Assembly (NCBI GenBank): GCA_977017645.1
Contig: OZ360257.1
Coordinates: 14,260,001-14,324,000, forward strand
Reading direction: 5' to 3'
Length of the DNA: 64,000 nt
Source: Torpedo marmorata
Lineage: Eukaryota
The translations under genes were made by a program, and so were the position numbers. Below the pieces are notes generated by a model. That model searched no databases. It saw only the letters and a list, made by a program, of their open reading frames with translations, and was not told the DNA's origin. This document shows, piece after piece, positions 11,040 through 23,279 of the stretch. Each line of letters starts with the position of its first letter. Positions within the stretch are counted from its first letter, which is position 1.

Positions 11040-11280
11040 AAGTTTTATTTAAAATATACAGACACTTAGCTCATGACGCACGTGCTGCCAAATTACATCC
11101 AATGAACATGCCAACTCCATACTTATTTTCGTGAGTGGGAAGAAACCAGAGTACCCGGGGAAACAGAGCAGTTCACGAGGGAGAGCAATAAAACTCCTTC
11201 CAGGGCAGCGCTGTATTTGAACCCGCGACGCTGACGCTGTAAATGCATTCCGCCGAACTGTGACGTGAACCGTCCCGCTT
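11040..11280 (-). mobile_element. Old tRNA-derived SINE (V-SINE-like)
   Basis: Minus-strand 'tacagcgtcagcgtcgcgggttcaaatac..' and 'ccccgggtactctggtttcttcccac'. Copies at ~22900-23120, 37510-37745, 50345-50580 and 63005-63240. Confidence 0.6.
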
Positions 11281-11439
11281 GAAATGCTGGGTTAATTTTT
11301 GTTGCAAACGCCACACAGATCCGAGGAGTGTTTGGATCGCCTGTGGTATTTGGGGTAATGCATCAACGCTGAGGGTTGGTTCGAAGGCATCAAGTCCAAT
11401 CAGAGAATTTCTTTCTGTGCTCTATTTTCTTTGCATTTG

Positions 11440-12322
11440 CTAATCATACAACGGTTCACAGTGTTGTCGGGAGTGCAGAAGGCTGTCGTGGGTTATCACG
11501 GGATATAGACAGGATGCGGAGTTGGGCAGAGAAGTGGCAGATTGAGTTGAATACGGTTAAGTGTAGTGCACTTTGAAGGTCGAATCGAAAGCGGAGTGCG
11601 TGTTAATGGCAGAATTTCTAACAGTTTGGAGGAACTGAGAGATCTTGGGGTCCATGTTAATACACCCCTTAAGGTTGCTGCGCTAGTTGACGCGCTGGTC
11701 AAGAAGGTGTATGGTGGGTTGGCCTTCATTCGTCGGATAAAAGCCGAGAGGAAATGTTGCAGACCCATAAACCTCTGGTGAGACCACACTTGGAATATTA
11801 CGTTCAGTTCTGGTCGCTTTGTTTCTGCACGTATGTAGATGCATTAGAGAGGGTGCAGATATTTATCAGGATATTCTATTGCCTGGATTGGAGACCAAGT
11901 CATGTGGAGCAAGGTTGACAGAGATAGAGAATTTCTCTGTGGATGACAGGTGAATAAACAGAGGTAGATAAGGTTATGAGGCGGCTTCGTAAGTTTGGAC
12001 ATTCAGCACCTGATTCCTGGGGCGACAATCGTTAATCCCGGAGGACAGCTAATTAAGGTGAGTAAAGGAAACTTTAAGGCATATGTGGAAGGTAAGTTTT
12101 TAAACAGATAGTGGTTGGTCCCTCGAAATCATTGCCTGAGGTGGTGGTGGAGGTTGCTACCAGAGGGACATTCCAATGTCTCCACGATAGGAACAGGGTG
12201 TAAGAAAGATATAGCGTTATAGGTGTGCGCTTGGGAAATTATATTGTTGTGGAATGGGTTTACGTAAATTGGCACCACGTCGTGTACTGAAGGGACTGCA
12301 GTGTGTTGTATATTTCATGTTC
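11440..12322 (+). mobile_element. CR1 LINE 3' fragment
   Basis: RDIDRMRSWAEKWQIELNTVKC, EELRDLGVHV and RPHLEY motifs. Confidence 0.85.
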
Positions 12323-12443
12323 TGTGCACCTTCCAGAGACCCAATTTTCATTTGAAGGTTACTTTGTGATCATGCACGTACAGTGATTTTTCTTTACTTT
12401 GTTCGAGGTTATTCATTTTGTTATGTGAGAAAATAAACTGGTG

Positions 12444-13582
12444 TCATTCCTTGCAGTTGTTTGCCTTGGTAAGAAGAGTCACTGGACATTTTACCAGATT
12501 CTTCAGACCCTCTCTGAATTTTCCCTGGGACAGTGCAACAATGAAGTGGTTTTAATGTAGCATAAGGAACGGGAACAGGCACTTCCGGCCCACGAGCCCG
12601 TCCCACCAAAATACCACAATTAATTTTCAACCTCCTTACGTTTTTTATTTGGGACGAAAAAGGAGGGCACGTGCGAAACACACGTAGACATGGGGAGAAC
12701 GTACAAGCTCCTTCCAGTGGCGCCGGAAATGAACCCGGGTCGCTGGCGCTGAAATAGCGCTGTTCTAACCGCTATTGTTAACAGTGGGATTGGGCAAGAA
12801 ATCGAAAACATCAGCATATAACCCGACAATCCCGCAATGGTGAAGGTATCATTGCAGCTTCCTTCCAAAAACTGCGTATCAGTAAATTGCACGCATATGA
12901 AAGCCATCCTGAAGAGAATAACCGTGCTGGAAATGACCAGCAGCAACATTATCAGTTTCCTGCGGTTCCCGATCCCTGCGACACTGCGGTTCCCATTGGT
13001 GTTCTTTCTTCGAAGTTCGCTCCTCGCTCGGTTAGCCAGTATAATGCGGCTGATGGTCAGGGAATGTGGCGCCAAGATAAAGACATAAAGAGTAAATGAG
13101 TTAAAGACTGTTTCCTGCCAGAGAATAACTGCTCAAATTCATAAGGTGTAAAAGCATGATATTACATTGCAGGATAATTCGACTTCATAAATTATTTCAC
13201 GAGATGAGTAAATAAAATGGTGTTTTCTCCAAATGTTGAGGAAAATTCCACCGCACTTTCGCTACGGATGAATTATTTTCAGTGCAATATTTTGCTCGTA
13301 GTGGTTTGTGACAAATATCAAAAAAATCGATCGAACATGAAAGCCACAGTCAGTCACATTGAACCGTCAATGGAAATAAATAACATGGTCAGAATAACTC
13401 TGCAGAGAGAAGTCTGATTGAAGTCTGAATGTGGAAAATACCGATCGTTAATCTCATATAAAATCAATTCATCTACAGTTTCACAACCACTCAGTCAGCT
13501 TCTGCCATGCCCAGCAACCACTGAGTGATGCATTTGGAAAGGCCGTAAATTACATTGAACAGAATGACGATTGGCAGCAAAG
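12444..13582 (-). pseudogene. GPR139-like paralogue B pseudogene, unit 2 copy (SINE in TM7)
   Basis: ORF 12620-13075 reads SLTISRIILANRARSELRRK..GNRRKLIMLLLVISST and is homologous to 783-1915. Confidence 0.85.
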
Positions 13583-13591
13583 TTGTTTCAA

Positions 13592-14980
13592 AACATAGAA
13601 CGTAGAACATGGAACATGACAGCACAGTACAGGCTATTCGGCCTTCAATGTTGTGCCGATCTGTATATTCCTACCAAGAAAATACTGAAACCTTCCAACC
13701 TCTTAATCCTCTAATTTTCGTTCATCCATGTGCCTGTCTACGAGTCTCTTAAATACCCAAAATGTTTCAGCCCCCACCACCAACCTGGCAAGGCATTGCC
13801 GGCACCTCCATCTCTGTGTGAATAATTTACCTCTGATATCTCCCCTCATCATTCCTCCCTTCACTTTGTGCATACGTCCCCTGGTGTTTGCCATTCCTTC
13901 CCTGCGAAAAAGGCGCTTGCTGTCTACCCTATCTATTGTAGATATTCTTGTAGACTTTGATTAAGTCACCTCTCATCCTTCTTCGCTCCAAACAAAAAAG
14001 TCCTTGCTCTTCTAACCTTGCCTCGGAAGACATTTTCCAATCCAGGCAATACACTGGTAAATCTCCTCCGCACCCTCTCCACAGTTTCCACATCCTTACT
14101 ATAACGATGTGGCCATAACTGAATAAAATACTATAAGTATGGTCTAACCAGAGGTGTGTAGAGTTGCAACATGACCTCTACACTATTGAACGCAATCCCC
14201 CTATTATTGAAACCCAGCATCCCTTGGCCTTCTTAACTATCCTATCAACCTGCGCGGAAACATTGAGAGATCTATGGATTTGAACTTCCAGCTCCCTCTG
14301 TTCCTCCACACTCTTACGTATCCGACCATTAATGCTGTATTCAGCAAGGTTTGACCTTCCAAAATGCTTCACAAACTTATCCGGATTGAGGTCGATCCGC
14401 CACTGTTGCGCCCATCTCTGCATTTCAATCTACGACAAATTTCAACACTAACTGCAGCTCCTCCAACATTTACATCATCTGCAAACCTACTGACACACCC
14501 TTCCGCTCTTCATCTCGGTCATTTATAAAAAGCACAAAGAGCAGGGGTTCTAGAATATATCCCTGCGGAACTCCACTAGTCACGGATGTTCAGACAAAAT
14601 ACTTTCTGTTCCGTCCTCTGCTTTCTACAGACAAGCCAATTTTTTATCCACACAGCCAAGATTCCGTGGATAGAATGCCTGATTTATTTCTGACCGAGTC
14701 TTTCATGGGGAACCTTGTCAAACGCCTCACTGAAATCCATATGTACCTGCTCTACCGTCACACTTTCCTATTTATATTTTGTTATCTCCTCAGAAAATGC
14801 AATGTGGCTCATGAGGCACGACCATCCCCTCACAAAGCCATGTTGATGTCCCTCAGACGACTGTAACTCTCCAAATGCTCATAAATACTGTCCTTAAGAA
14901 TCCTCTCCAATAGTTTGCACACCACTGACGTAAGACTCACCTGTCTGTAATTCTTAGGATTTTCTCTATTACCCTTTTTA
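13592..14980 (-). mobile_element. CR1 LINE RT fragment
   Basis: Copy of 1925-3310, with WAQQWRIDLNPDK and EEQRELEVQIH motifs. Confidence 0.88.
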
Positions 14981-15290
14981 GAGATTTAGATTAATAATGT
15001 TCTCTGATCTGAAGGCAGAACAGCAGACACTTCGTGATTTGCTGCAATTATATTATTATTGAACCACGTTTCTCTGGTAGTTTTAAGAGAGTGGCATTAG
15101 CGCGATGAGACTGCATGTTTGCTCTACTTAGACTTGTGCGCATTTACTTTAATAACGTTGATGTCATATGGGAGCCGAGATCAGATCCATCTCTCCTGAA
15201 AAGAAGGTCAAACCTCACCTTGCTGAGCTGAACTTCAAGCATGGCCCTGAGGAAAATTATCGTCCCGAAAACTCCACTATCGCTGCCACC

Positions 15291-15527
15291 NNNNNNNNNN
15301 NNNNNNNNNNNNNNNNNNNNNNNNNNNNNNNNNNNNNNNNNNNNNNNNNNNNNNNNNNNNNNNNNNNNNNNNNNNNNNNNNNNNNNNNNNNNNNNNNNNN
15401 NNNNNNNNNNNNNNNNNNNNNNNNNNNNNNNNNNNNNNNNNNNNNNNNNNNNNNNNNNNNNNNNNNNNNNNNNNNNNNNNNNNNNNNNNNNNNNNNNNNN
15501 NNNNNNNNNNNNNNNNNNNNNNNNNNN
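15291..15527. other. Assembly gap (Ns) at a (CA)n microsatellite
   Basis: Run of n between flanks that match those of the CA repeat at 3627-3703. Confidence 0.95.
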
Positions 15528-17393
15528 CGCTGAGTGCCCCCAATTGTTTCACGTTTTGGCAGTGTGGAAGAAAGGTTTCCACACGCAAAGGAAAACCTCC
15601 ATTCGGGCGGGGGTGGGGGGCGTTTAAAAGTGCTTCGCTGTAAGTACATGGGGAGGGTTAAAGGCACGATCTTCACTCAGAGAGTAATTGGTGCATGGGA
15701 TTCACTGCTGGCAACTGTTTTAGAGGCAGGTACATTAGGATATTTTAAGAGACTAGTATATTTGCACATGTAACAGAGTGAAAATGAGCGTTATACAGGA
15801 CGGAAATTCTCGGAATTCCTGGAAGCGGAGATTATCAGGTTGGCATAACACTGTGGCCCAAATGGCCTATACCACGTTGAAGATTTCTATATTCTATATT
15901 CAATTTTCCATCATGAACTATTACCTTCTGTTACGAGGCAAATATTGAATAGAAATTTCCAAATTGCCTTTGATCCCTTCATCTGTGGACCAGTGCATTA
16001 TTTCGACATACAACACCGTAACAGGCCTTTCTGGCCCTCGGTCTGTGCCGCTCATATAACCCAATAAAGCTACGTTTTGAAAGGTTTGAGGAAACCGGAT
16101 CGCCCGGAGGAAACCCACGCAGACACATGGAGAACGGACAAACTCCTCACAGACAGGGGCCGGGTTCGAACCCGAGACACTGGCCCTGTAAATGTGTTGC
16201 ACCTACCGCTCCGCTAACCGTGCAAGCTCATTATCTGCAAATTTGACAGGGTCGTACCGAAATTCGTGTCACCTTCAGCAACTGCAGTACTCTCATCGAT
16301 ATATTGAGCTGTTCTTCGAAACAAACACAAAATTTGTTGTATATAATCTGCCAACAAAAAAGCTATGCTAACTCTCCTTAATCAATCCCCTTCTCTCCAA
16401 CTGCGGATTCATCCTGGACATCAGAATTATTTTCAATTTTCTTTCCAAATGCTCTTCCTATTGTTGCCTTTGATTTAAGGTATTTCTTTCAAGATCTCTC
16501 TGCACATTATACTTGGTGGAAGTTAAAAATCAGACGACGAAACATGCCCAATTCCTCCAAATATATATGGATAATTTTCGTTCCTAGGATGGTATTGCAG
16601 CCTGGTTTGGATCGAGATCTATAACTGCCTGGAGCACTGGGAAGCTCCATGTAGCTGCTGCTTGTACTTGGAACACCCAGGATGCTCCGATCCTGCTGTC
16701 TCAACTCCTTTAGCTGGAGGTAATTCGAGGAAACAAAAGCAACCAGACTCTTTCTTAAATTTAACGTGAGCGGCGGAAAATCTCTTTCAAATAAAGCAAC
16801 GTAGCGCACATACCTTCCTTGTATTGGATCGGCATGCGGGGATCTTTTCTGAGTGGTTGACTTACATTGAAAATTATTTCGCCACGTGCAAAGCTAAACC
16901 ATTAGCTATTTTCCATTAATTCCCTCAATTTTATGTCACCACATTTTGATGCAGTATATTAAAAATCGAAATGCAACACGAACACTTGGGAATTGTTTCT
17001 ATCAATTTGGGAAATTACGTCAGCAAAAGCAACGCGTTTATTCAATGGACAAGAGCATTGCGCCGGTTGGAGAAGCTGTGCATTAAAATGTATTATATAT
17101 ATGACGTAAATATATATTATTTGTCTGTATGTGTGTTATGTCTGGTTGTATGTCTGCATGCTTTGCACCTACACCAGAGAACGCTGTTTCTTCGGGTTGT
17201 ACTTGTACAATCAGATGACAAAAAACTTGACTTGAAAACTCGAGTAAGAAAAAAAGCTTTAAGCAGATGTTACATGGCTTACGATGTACACGAACTATTC
17301 TAAGAATAGGATTGTTATTTTTTTCGTTATCTAAAATTACTGGTCGCTCCATGATTGGAGATATGAAATGCAGTTGCGCCATTTAGTTTAATG

Positions 17394-17764
17394 CAGTGGT
17401 TTTCAAACTTTTTCTTCACACTCACACACCACATTAAGTAATCCCTATGTCATAGTTGCTCTGTGATTAGTGAGGGATTATATAAGGTGGTATGTGAGTG
17501 GAAATAATAAGTTTGAAAACCACTGTTTTAATCGTACCTCGTTGACTCTCGTGAACGGTTTAATAACTCCAATGGAAATGGGCCAATGACAATTTTTATT
17601 AAGCAAAATATTTCAGTAACAATTAGGTCTCGAGCAGTGGTTCTCAAACTTTTTCCCCCACTCACATACCAACTTAAGCAACCCTTACTAATCACAGATC
17701 TCCTATGGCACAGGGATTACTTAAGGTGGTATGTGAGTGGAAAGAAAAAGTTTGAAAACCACTG
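17394..17764. mobile_element. hAT-like double-palindrome MITE
   Basis: Termini CAGTGGTTTTCAAAC / GTTTGAAAACCACTG, with a near-perfect 8-bp TSD gtttaatg/gcttaatg. Confidence 0.82.
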
Positions 17765-19631
17765 GCTTAATGGAATTCACAGCAATGCCTGACTTATAAA
17801 TAAAGTATGCCTGACACATAATGACACATGAACACAAAATGATTGTCATTAGTCGCAGATTTTCATTGGAGCAAATAGATTAAATCAAGTCATAACTGCT
17901 GATGTCGATCAGGAAAACGAATAATTCCAAACAAAATATATCCACATCGCATTATTATAGTGGCGATGTGTATTTATAGATTCGTGAAACAACCAACAAA
18001 CCCTGGAACTTGTGATGATTTGACTGTTCCTTAGTATTGTTTAAATTCACGCGGTTGGAATCTTGAAAAATACTATATCATTTTGCCTTTGGGTTGGAAA
18101 CATAATTGTTCTGAAATTCACACAAAAATCAGATCCAATAATTCGGATGAAAAATAGCAAATTGAAATTGATTTTCCGAATTTTCCTACAAATTGTTCAT
18201 GTTTAGATTGACCCACATATGATTATGGAGCCAAGTGGAAGCAGCACAAGTTTCAAGTATTAACCTGTTCCGTTTTTGCTGATTCAGGAACAGTTATGCT
18301 GGATTGGAGAGTTCTGCTCGTCATCCCACTGTTCATAGTGATGTTTAAGGAAATTAGAACTCATTGTCTGGAATTCCTCTGTTGAGCATACGTCCGGGGT
18401 AATAACATAGATCATCACCGAATACGAGAGAGACAACGTCATAAAGGTAATTGAGTCAAGAGCAGCACCCAACAGAAACAGTGGCTTCCTTACTGATGTG
18501 TTTGGAGAATTATATCTGACTTCACCGCATCCCCGAGAAGAGCAAATCAAATATTAAACGTGATGAAGGGTTCAGACCCGAAACGTCGATGTTTCTTTTC
18601 TCCACGAATGATTCTCGACCTACTGAGTTCCTCCAGCATATTTCTTTGCTTCAAATGCCTGTTTAAAAACACAGCTCTCAGATCCCCCTCAAAATTCACC
18701 TTAAACTCGTGTCCACTTACTTTTGTTTACCCTGGCATTAGAAATAGATTTTGAACATCTTCCCTATCGGTGACTCTCATCATCTTACTTATATTTCCCA
18801 GCTCATTCCTAAACCTGCTGTGCTCCATGGAAAATAGGCCCCTTCCTATTAAGCACCTTCCACAGCTCGTCCTCCTTTCCAGGCAACATCCTGGTGAATT
18901 TCCACTGCAACAACTCCGGTCCAATCACATAAATAGTGTGGCGGCCAGAACTGCAAACAACACTTCAAGTACAGTCTGAACAGTGTTTGTGAAATTCGAG
19001 ATCCTGTTTATTATCCTCGAACAAGGAAGGCACCATCACCCTAACAAACGTGTTTCTGCTTTCAGGCAACTATGAATTCAGACCCCCATGTCCCTCTGTT
19101 CATCACGTTTCCTTCCTGATGGATTCTTCCTCGCTCCCCCTCTCTCTCCATTTCGCTCTCTCTCTCTCTCCATTTCGTTATCTCTCTCGTACTCTCACTT
19201 TCTCTCCTTCTCTGTAACTCTGCACTTTTTAGTTGTGTCTCACTCCTTCTTCTATGTATGAGATGCCAACTGGTATGTTGTAAAAAAAACAAATCAAAAA
19301 ACACTCTCATGAGGTCATCGTACATGCGACAACCAACCTGAACTCAAATTTGAAATATTGATTAACCTGGGAAAAATGTGATTCATGCAGTACGTCGTTG
19401 AACGTTTCATTTAATTGTTTGGACATTTACAATATCCAGTTATCCAGTAGTCGCCTAATTTGCGGATGGCCTCCATTTAGCAGTACAGGAGGACACGTCC
19501 CGAATTGCTGGTGTGGGAATGGTGTGTGTGGTTGGCTTTGTTTACGGGGCTTACGTTACAGGGAATTATAAAGAAAAAGGACGAGATTCGACATTGGAAG
19601 CGGACGGAGGAACAGGGCCATGATCTCTGAT

Positions 19632-22229
19632 TCATTGTGGCTGCGTCATAGGTTTTAAAAACCGTACAAGGGCAATAAATGGATATTTTGCCACTATCTT
19701 CACCTCATCCCGGAATCTCCTCTGTGTCAACGCATAAACACAAGTGTTTGTGCAGCAGCTCAAATACATCAGCAGAATCGCGATTCTAATTGCCAGAAGC
19801 AGTGACTTCGGGGCCTCGATCAAAAAACTTGCGGTGAGATGGAAATATTGGTCAATTATCGTAACCGGTGTCCACAACGCAATGAAGGTACCAGAAATGG
19901 CGAAGAGCAATATAATGGACGTTCTCCGGTTCGTCATCTCGGGATCAAATACCTGACCGTCCCCACGGCGCTTCAAAGCCTTCCGAGCTCTGCTGACAAG
20001 TAAAATGTGTCGGATGGTGAGAGAATTCAACAGCAACATCAGCGGCAGCGGCACCAGTGGTACCATAAGTTTAGACAACCATCTGTAAGTCTGCCATGCT
20101 GGTGAAGAAATGTATTGTGTTATAGTTCGGCAGCCCCATTGGACATTACCCACAATGTAAAGGGGTTCATACCGGAAATAAGCTGGAATGTGCATCACAA
20201 AGGTCAGCAGACCCACAGTTGTGAGAACTACCGTGGCGTTTCTTTCGGTACAATATTTTGTTTTGAATTGTTGGCAACAAATGGCAATGAAACGGTCCAC
20301 TGTGAACGATACCGTGGCCCAGACAGAGAATTGCACGCTAAATATCTGTATGAAGGCTGTAAGGCGACAAGTGGTGGTGTGTGCCCAGAATGAACTCTGA
20401 AAATGATGGCGGAAGACGAATGTCACTGTAACGTTAAACACACAGACCATTGTGTCTGCAACTGCCATGGTTACCATGTAACGAATCACTCCTTTGGAGA
20501 GGCCGCACATTCCCCGGGACAGGACGACAATCGAGAGCAGGTTACCTGTAACAAGATGGAAAACCAGGAAACTACCAGAAAAACAAGCCAACATCTTTAA
20601 CGTGATTTTCACAATAGAATCTTTGGGATTAACCTAATCGAAACATTTGTATGCTCCTCTAAATTATGCGGTTGCCAACATTACATTGGCACTACGGAAT
20701 GGAAAGAGCAAAAACGCTTTCACTTCCTCAGAAGCGGAGGAATTTCGGCATGCCCCCGTTGACCCTGTCCGTTGGGTGCAGATGAACAATAGAAAGTGTC
20801 CGGTGCGGGTGCATCACAGATTGGTGTGGAAACTGCTGAGCTCGGAGTCTCAAGTAACCACTGAGTGTAATGATCGCAATCAGTGTTATCAATAATCCAA
20901 TCCTCCGTCCATCGACTTCGTCCATATCTCCCGCCGTCACCCGGATAAATAATCACTGTACATGTTCAAGAATCTGTTCCACCCCTACCGCAGTCTCTCC
21001 TTCTCCCTGCCGCCGAGCACAAGAAGCACGAGATTGGACAAAACGCACCCAACCAGATTCAAGGGCACTTGCATTCCTGCTGGCAGGCTTTTGAATAGAC
21101 CTCTCATGAGTAAAACGTAATGACTTGCATAGATTAACAGCGCTCCTGTCTTGAAAACGTCATTCTGTACTTTATTGTAACACTATCACCTGTACTATTT
21201 TTATCCATGCGCTGCCTGCTGTATTTTATGTGGCTTGACTTGCCTGGATAGCAGGCAAAATAACGATTTTTCACCTTTACCCGGATACGTGACGATAAAC
21301 AGTTCAAATCGTTGCGTTCAGTTAAGGTTGCCTCCTTATAGGAAATATCTGGATGCTCTGGAGAGTGTGAAAAGGTGTTGCCTGGATTGCAGAACCTGTC
21401 ATATGAAGGAAGGTTGACAGAGCTGGGGCTTTTCTCTACTGCGATGAAGGGGACGAGGTGAATTATTGGGGGTAGACAACATCATGAGGGGTTTAGATGG
21501 GGTGGACAGGAGACACCAACATGCTGTATCATGAAAGAACGTAGGCATTCCTTATGTTGTCGTCGCAATGATCAAATGAGCTGGTGTCTCTGGTACAGCA
21601 GGTTACGTGCTGGTGATATATGCGCAGGGCTTTCTTAAGACAGGCCTGGTTAAACTCAACGACTGTGACTGGAAGTGTCTCGGGGTGGGCTTGTTCACTG
21701 ACCAGGTCATGCAGCTCCGCACGTGCCTGTTTGTAATTGGTGTCGGAAGAGGATAAACGCGGGTGAGAATAACTGATGAGAAACTTCGGGGTACATTGAA
21801 GAGTTTTCATTTGATCGATATCTGCTCTCCGCCACTGGAGGAAGATTTCGATAGAACACCAACGTCCGTGCACCAACCGATATTAACAGGAAAGCAAACA
21901 ATGTGACCTATCACTTTGCCAGAATCCATGTCCCAGTCCAGCCTGTGAATGGTTAAAACCCCTCGTCGGATCGCAGCGTTCTTTGTGTTTTCTGTTGGAC
22001 AGGACTCGCAGCAGAAAACAACTGAGATTTGTCGCAACTGTCTCTGATATAGCAGCATTGCCCAGAGGTCTTCGGTTTTATTTTTCAGTGACTGGACATT
22101 GTCTAACTTCAACAACGTCAGGTCAATAGATTCTTTAAATCGACGACGGCTGAACAACTTTCTGTGTGTGTGTGTGTGTGGGGGGGGGGGTTGTGGTGTG
22201 TGTGTATACCTGTATATACATAGACACAC

Positions 22230-22267
<38 letters not shown>

Positions 22268-22383
22268 GATACTCATCCGGAGTACGGACAACCAGAAAAC
22301 ACGCGGTCGAGATCGCAGCAAAATCACTTACCAGGAATGCCGACAATTGCAAGAATGGGATAGAAGATCTCCGTGGCGTCCAT
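19632..22383 (-). CDS. GPR139/GPR142-like class A orphan GPCR, copy A2 (intact, ~321 aa); join of exons 22332-22383 and 19632-20545
   Basis: Exon 1 is MDATEIFYPILAIVGIP-G|gtaagt. Exon 2 reads GNLLSIVVLSRGMCGLSK..MAVAD..C..SVWATVSFTVDRF..KYCTE..NSLTIRHIL..LWTP..SCCTNTCVY: 7 TM segments and no stops. Confidence 0.9.
21535..22130 (-). mobile_element. LINE (Rex1/Babar-like) apurinic endonuclease fragment in the intron
   Basis: NVQSLKNKTEDL..LLYQRQLR..CCES..TIHRLD..SGK..VCF.VN.GWC matches the N-terminal APE domain motifs. Confidence 0.75.
22163..22265. repeat. (TG)n..G-run..(CA)n microsatellite in the intron
   Basis: Directly visible. (TG)n equivalents at ~36760-36875, 49591-49710 and 62251-62372. 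Confidence 0.9.
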
Positions 22384-22466
22384 TCGTGGTATCTTTTGAG
22401 GATAAAAGCGTTTTCTCCACAGCACATATGAATATGTGAAAACGAAGAGTTTCACTGTGAAGCCTA

Positions 22467-22650
22467 ATTTATAGGACAGCCGTTCTACTGGGACATTAAA
22501 TTACATAACACCTCCACATACTCGATTTAACAAACAGTATCAGTTCATTCTAAGTTTATGATCTGAGATCGCTCCGCCCAGAGTAACTAACACCAGTTAT
22601 CGTAATAAACAAGGTTCAGGTGCGAGCTCGCTGCATCACCTGACGTGGAA
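22467..22650 (-). promoter_or_regulatory. Putative promoter of A2 (TATA, GC box, TGACGTGG)
   Basis: TATAAAT at 22467-22473, GGGCGG at 22574-22579, and TGACGTGG at 22641-22648. Confidence 0.5.
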
Positions 22651-23279
22651 CCGTGACACTGGAGTGTCGCCTTCATCTATTTCCATTTGCTTCGCTTTAA
22701 CTTCGTCCCTGGGGGTACTTGTTCGCAATTCTCTCTGTTCTTTGTTCCCAATGATCCTGATTATCACACATATTTTCCTTTTCATTATTATACACCTGAA
22801 AATAACTTTGTTCCCATGAGTTTTCAAAGGTTCATCAGTCGGTCTGACCTGATGATTTGTTTTCACTCGTCAACTGCCATGCTGGCTTGACTGAACTTTT
22901 ATTTAAACTATACAGACGCCCGTGCTGCTAAATGACATCCACTGAACATGCCAACCCCATACTGTTTTCGTGAGTGGGAAGAAACCAGAGTACCCGGGGA
23001 AACCGAGCAGTTCACGAGGGAAAGCAATAAAACTCCTTCCAGGGCAGCGCTGTATTTGAACCCGCGTCGCTGACGCTGTAAATGCATTCCGCCGAACTGT
23101 GACGTTAACCGTCCCGCTTGAAATGCTGGGTTAATTTATGTTGCAAACGCCACACAGATCCGATGAGTGTTTGGATCGCCTGTGGTATTTGGGGTAATGC
23201 ATCAACGCTGAGGGTTGGTTCGAAGGCATCAAGTCCAATCAGAGAATTTCTTTCAGTGCTCTATTTTCTTTGCATTTGC

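Noticed and set aside
20546-20612. Single-exon gene model starting MKITLKMLACFSG
   Set aside because: This stretch is the intron's polypyrimidine tract and acceptor. It lacks the first half of TM1, which the upstream exon supplies.
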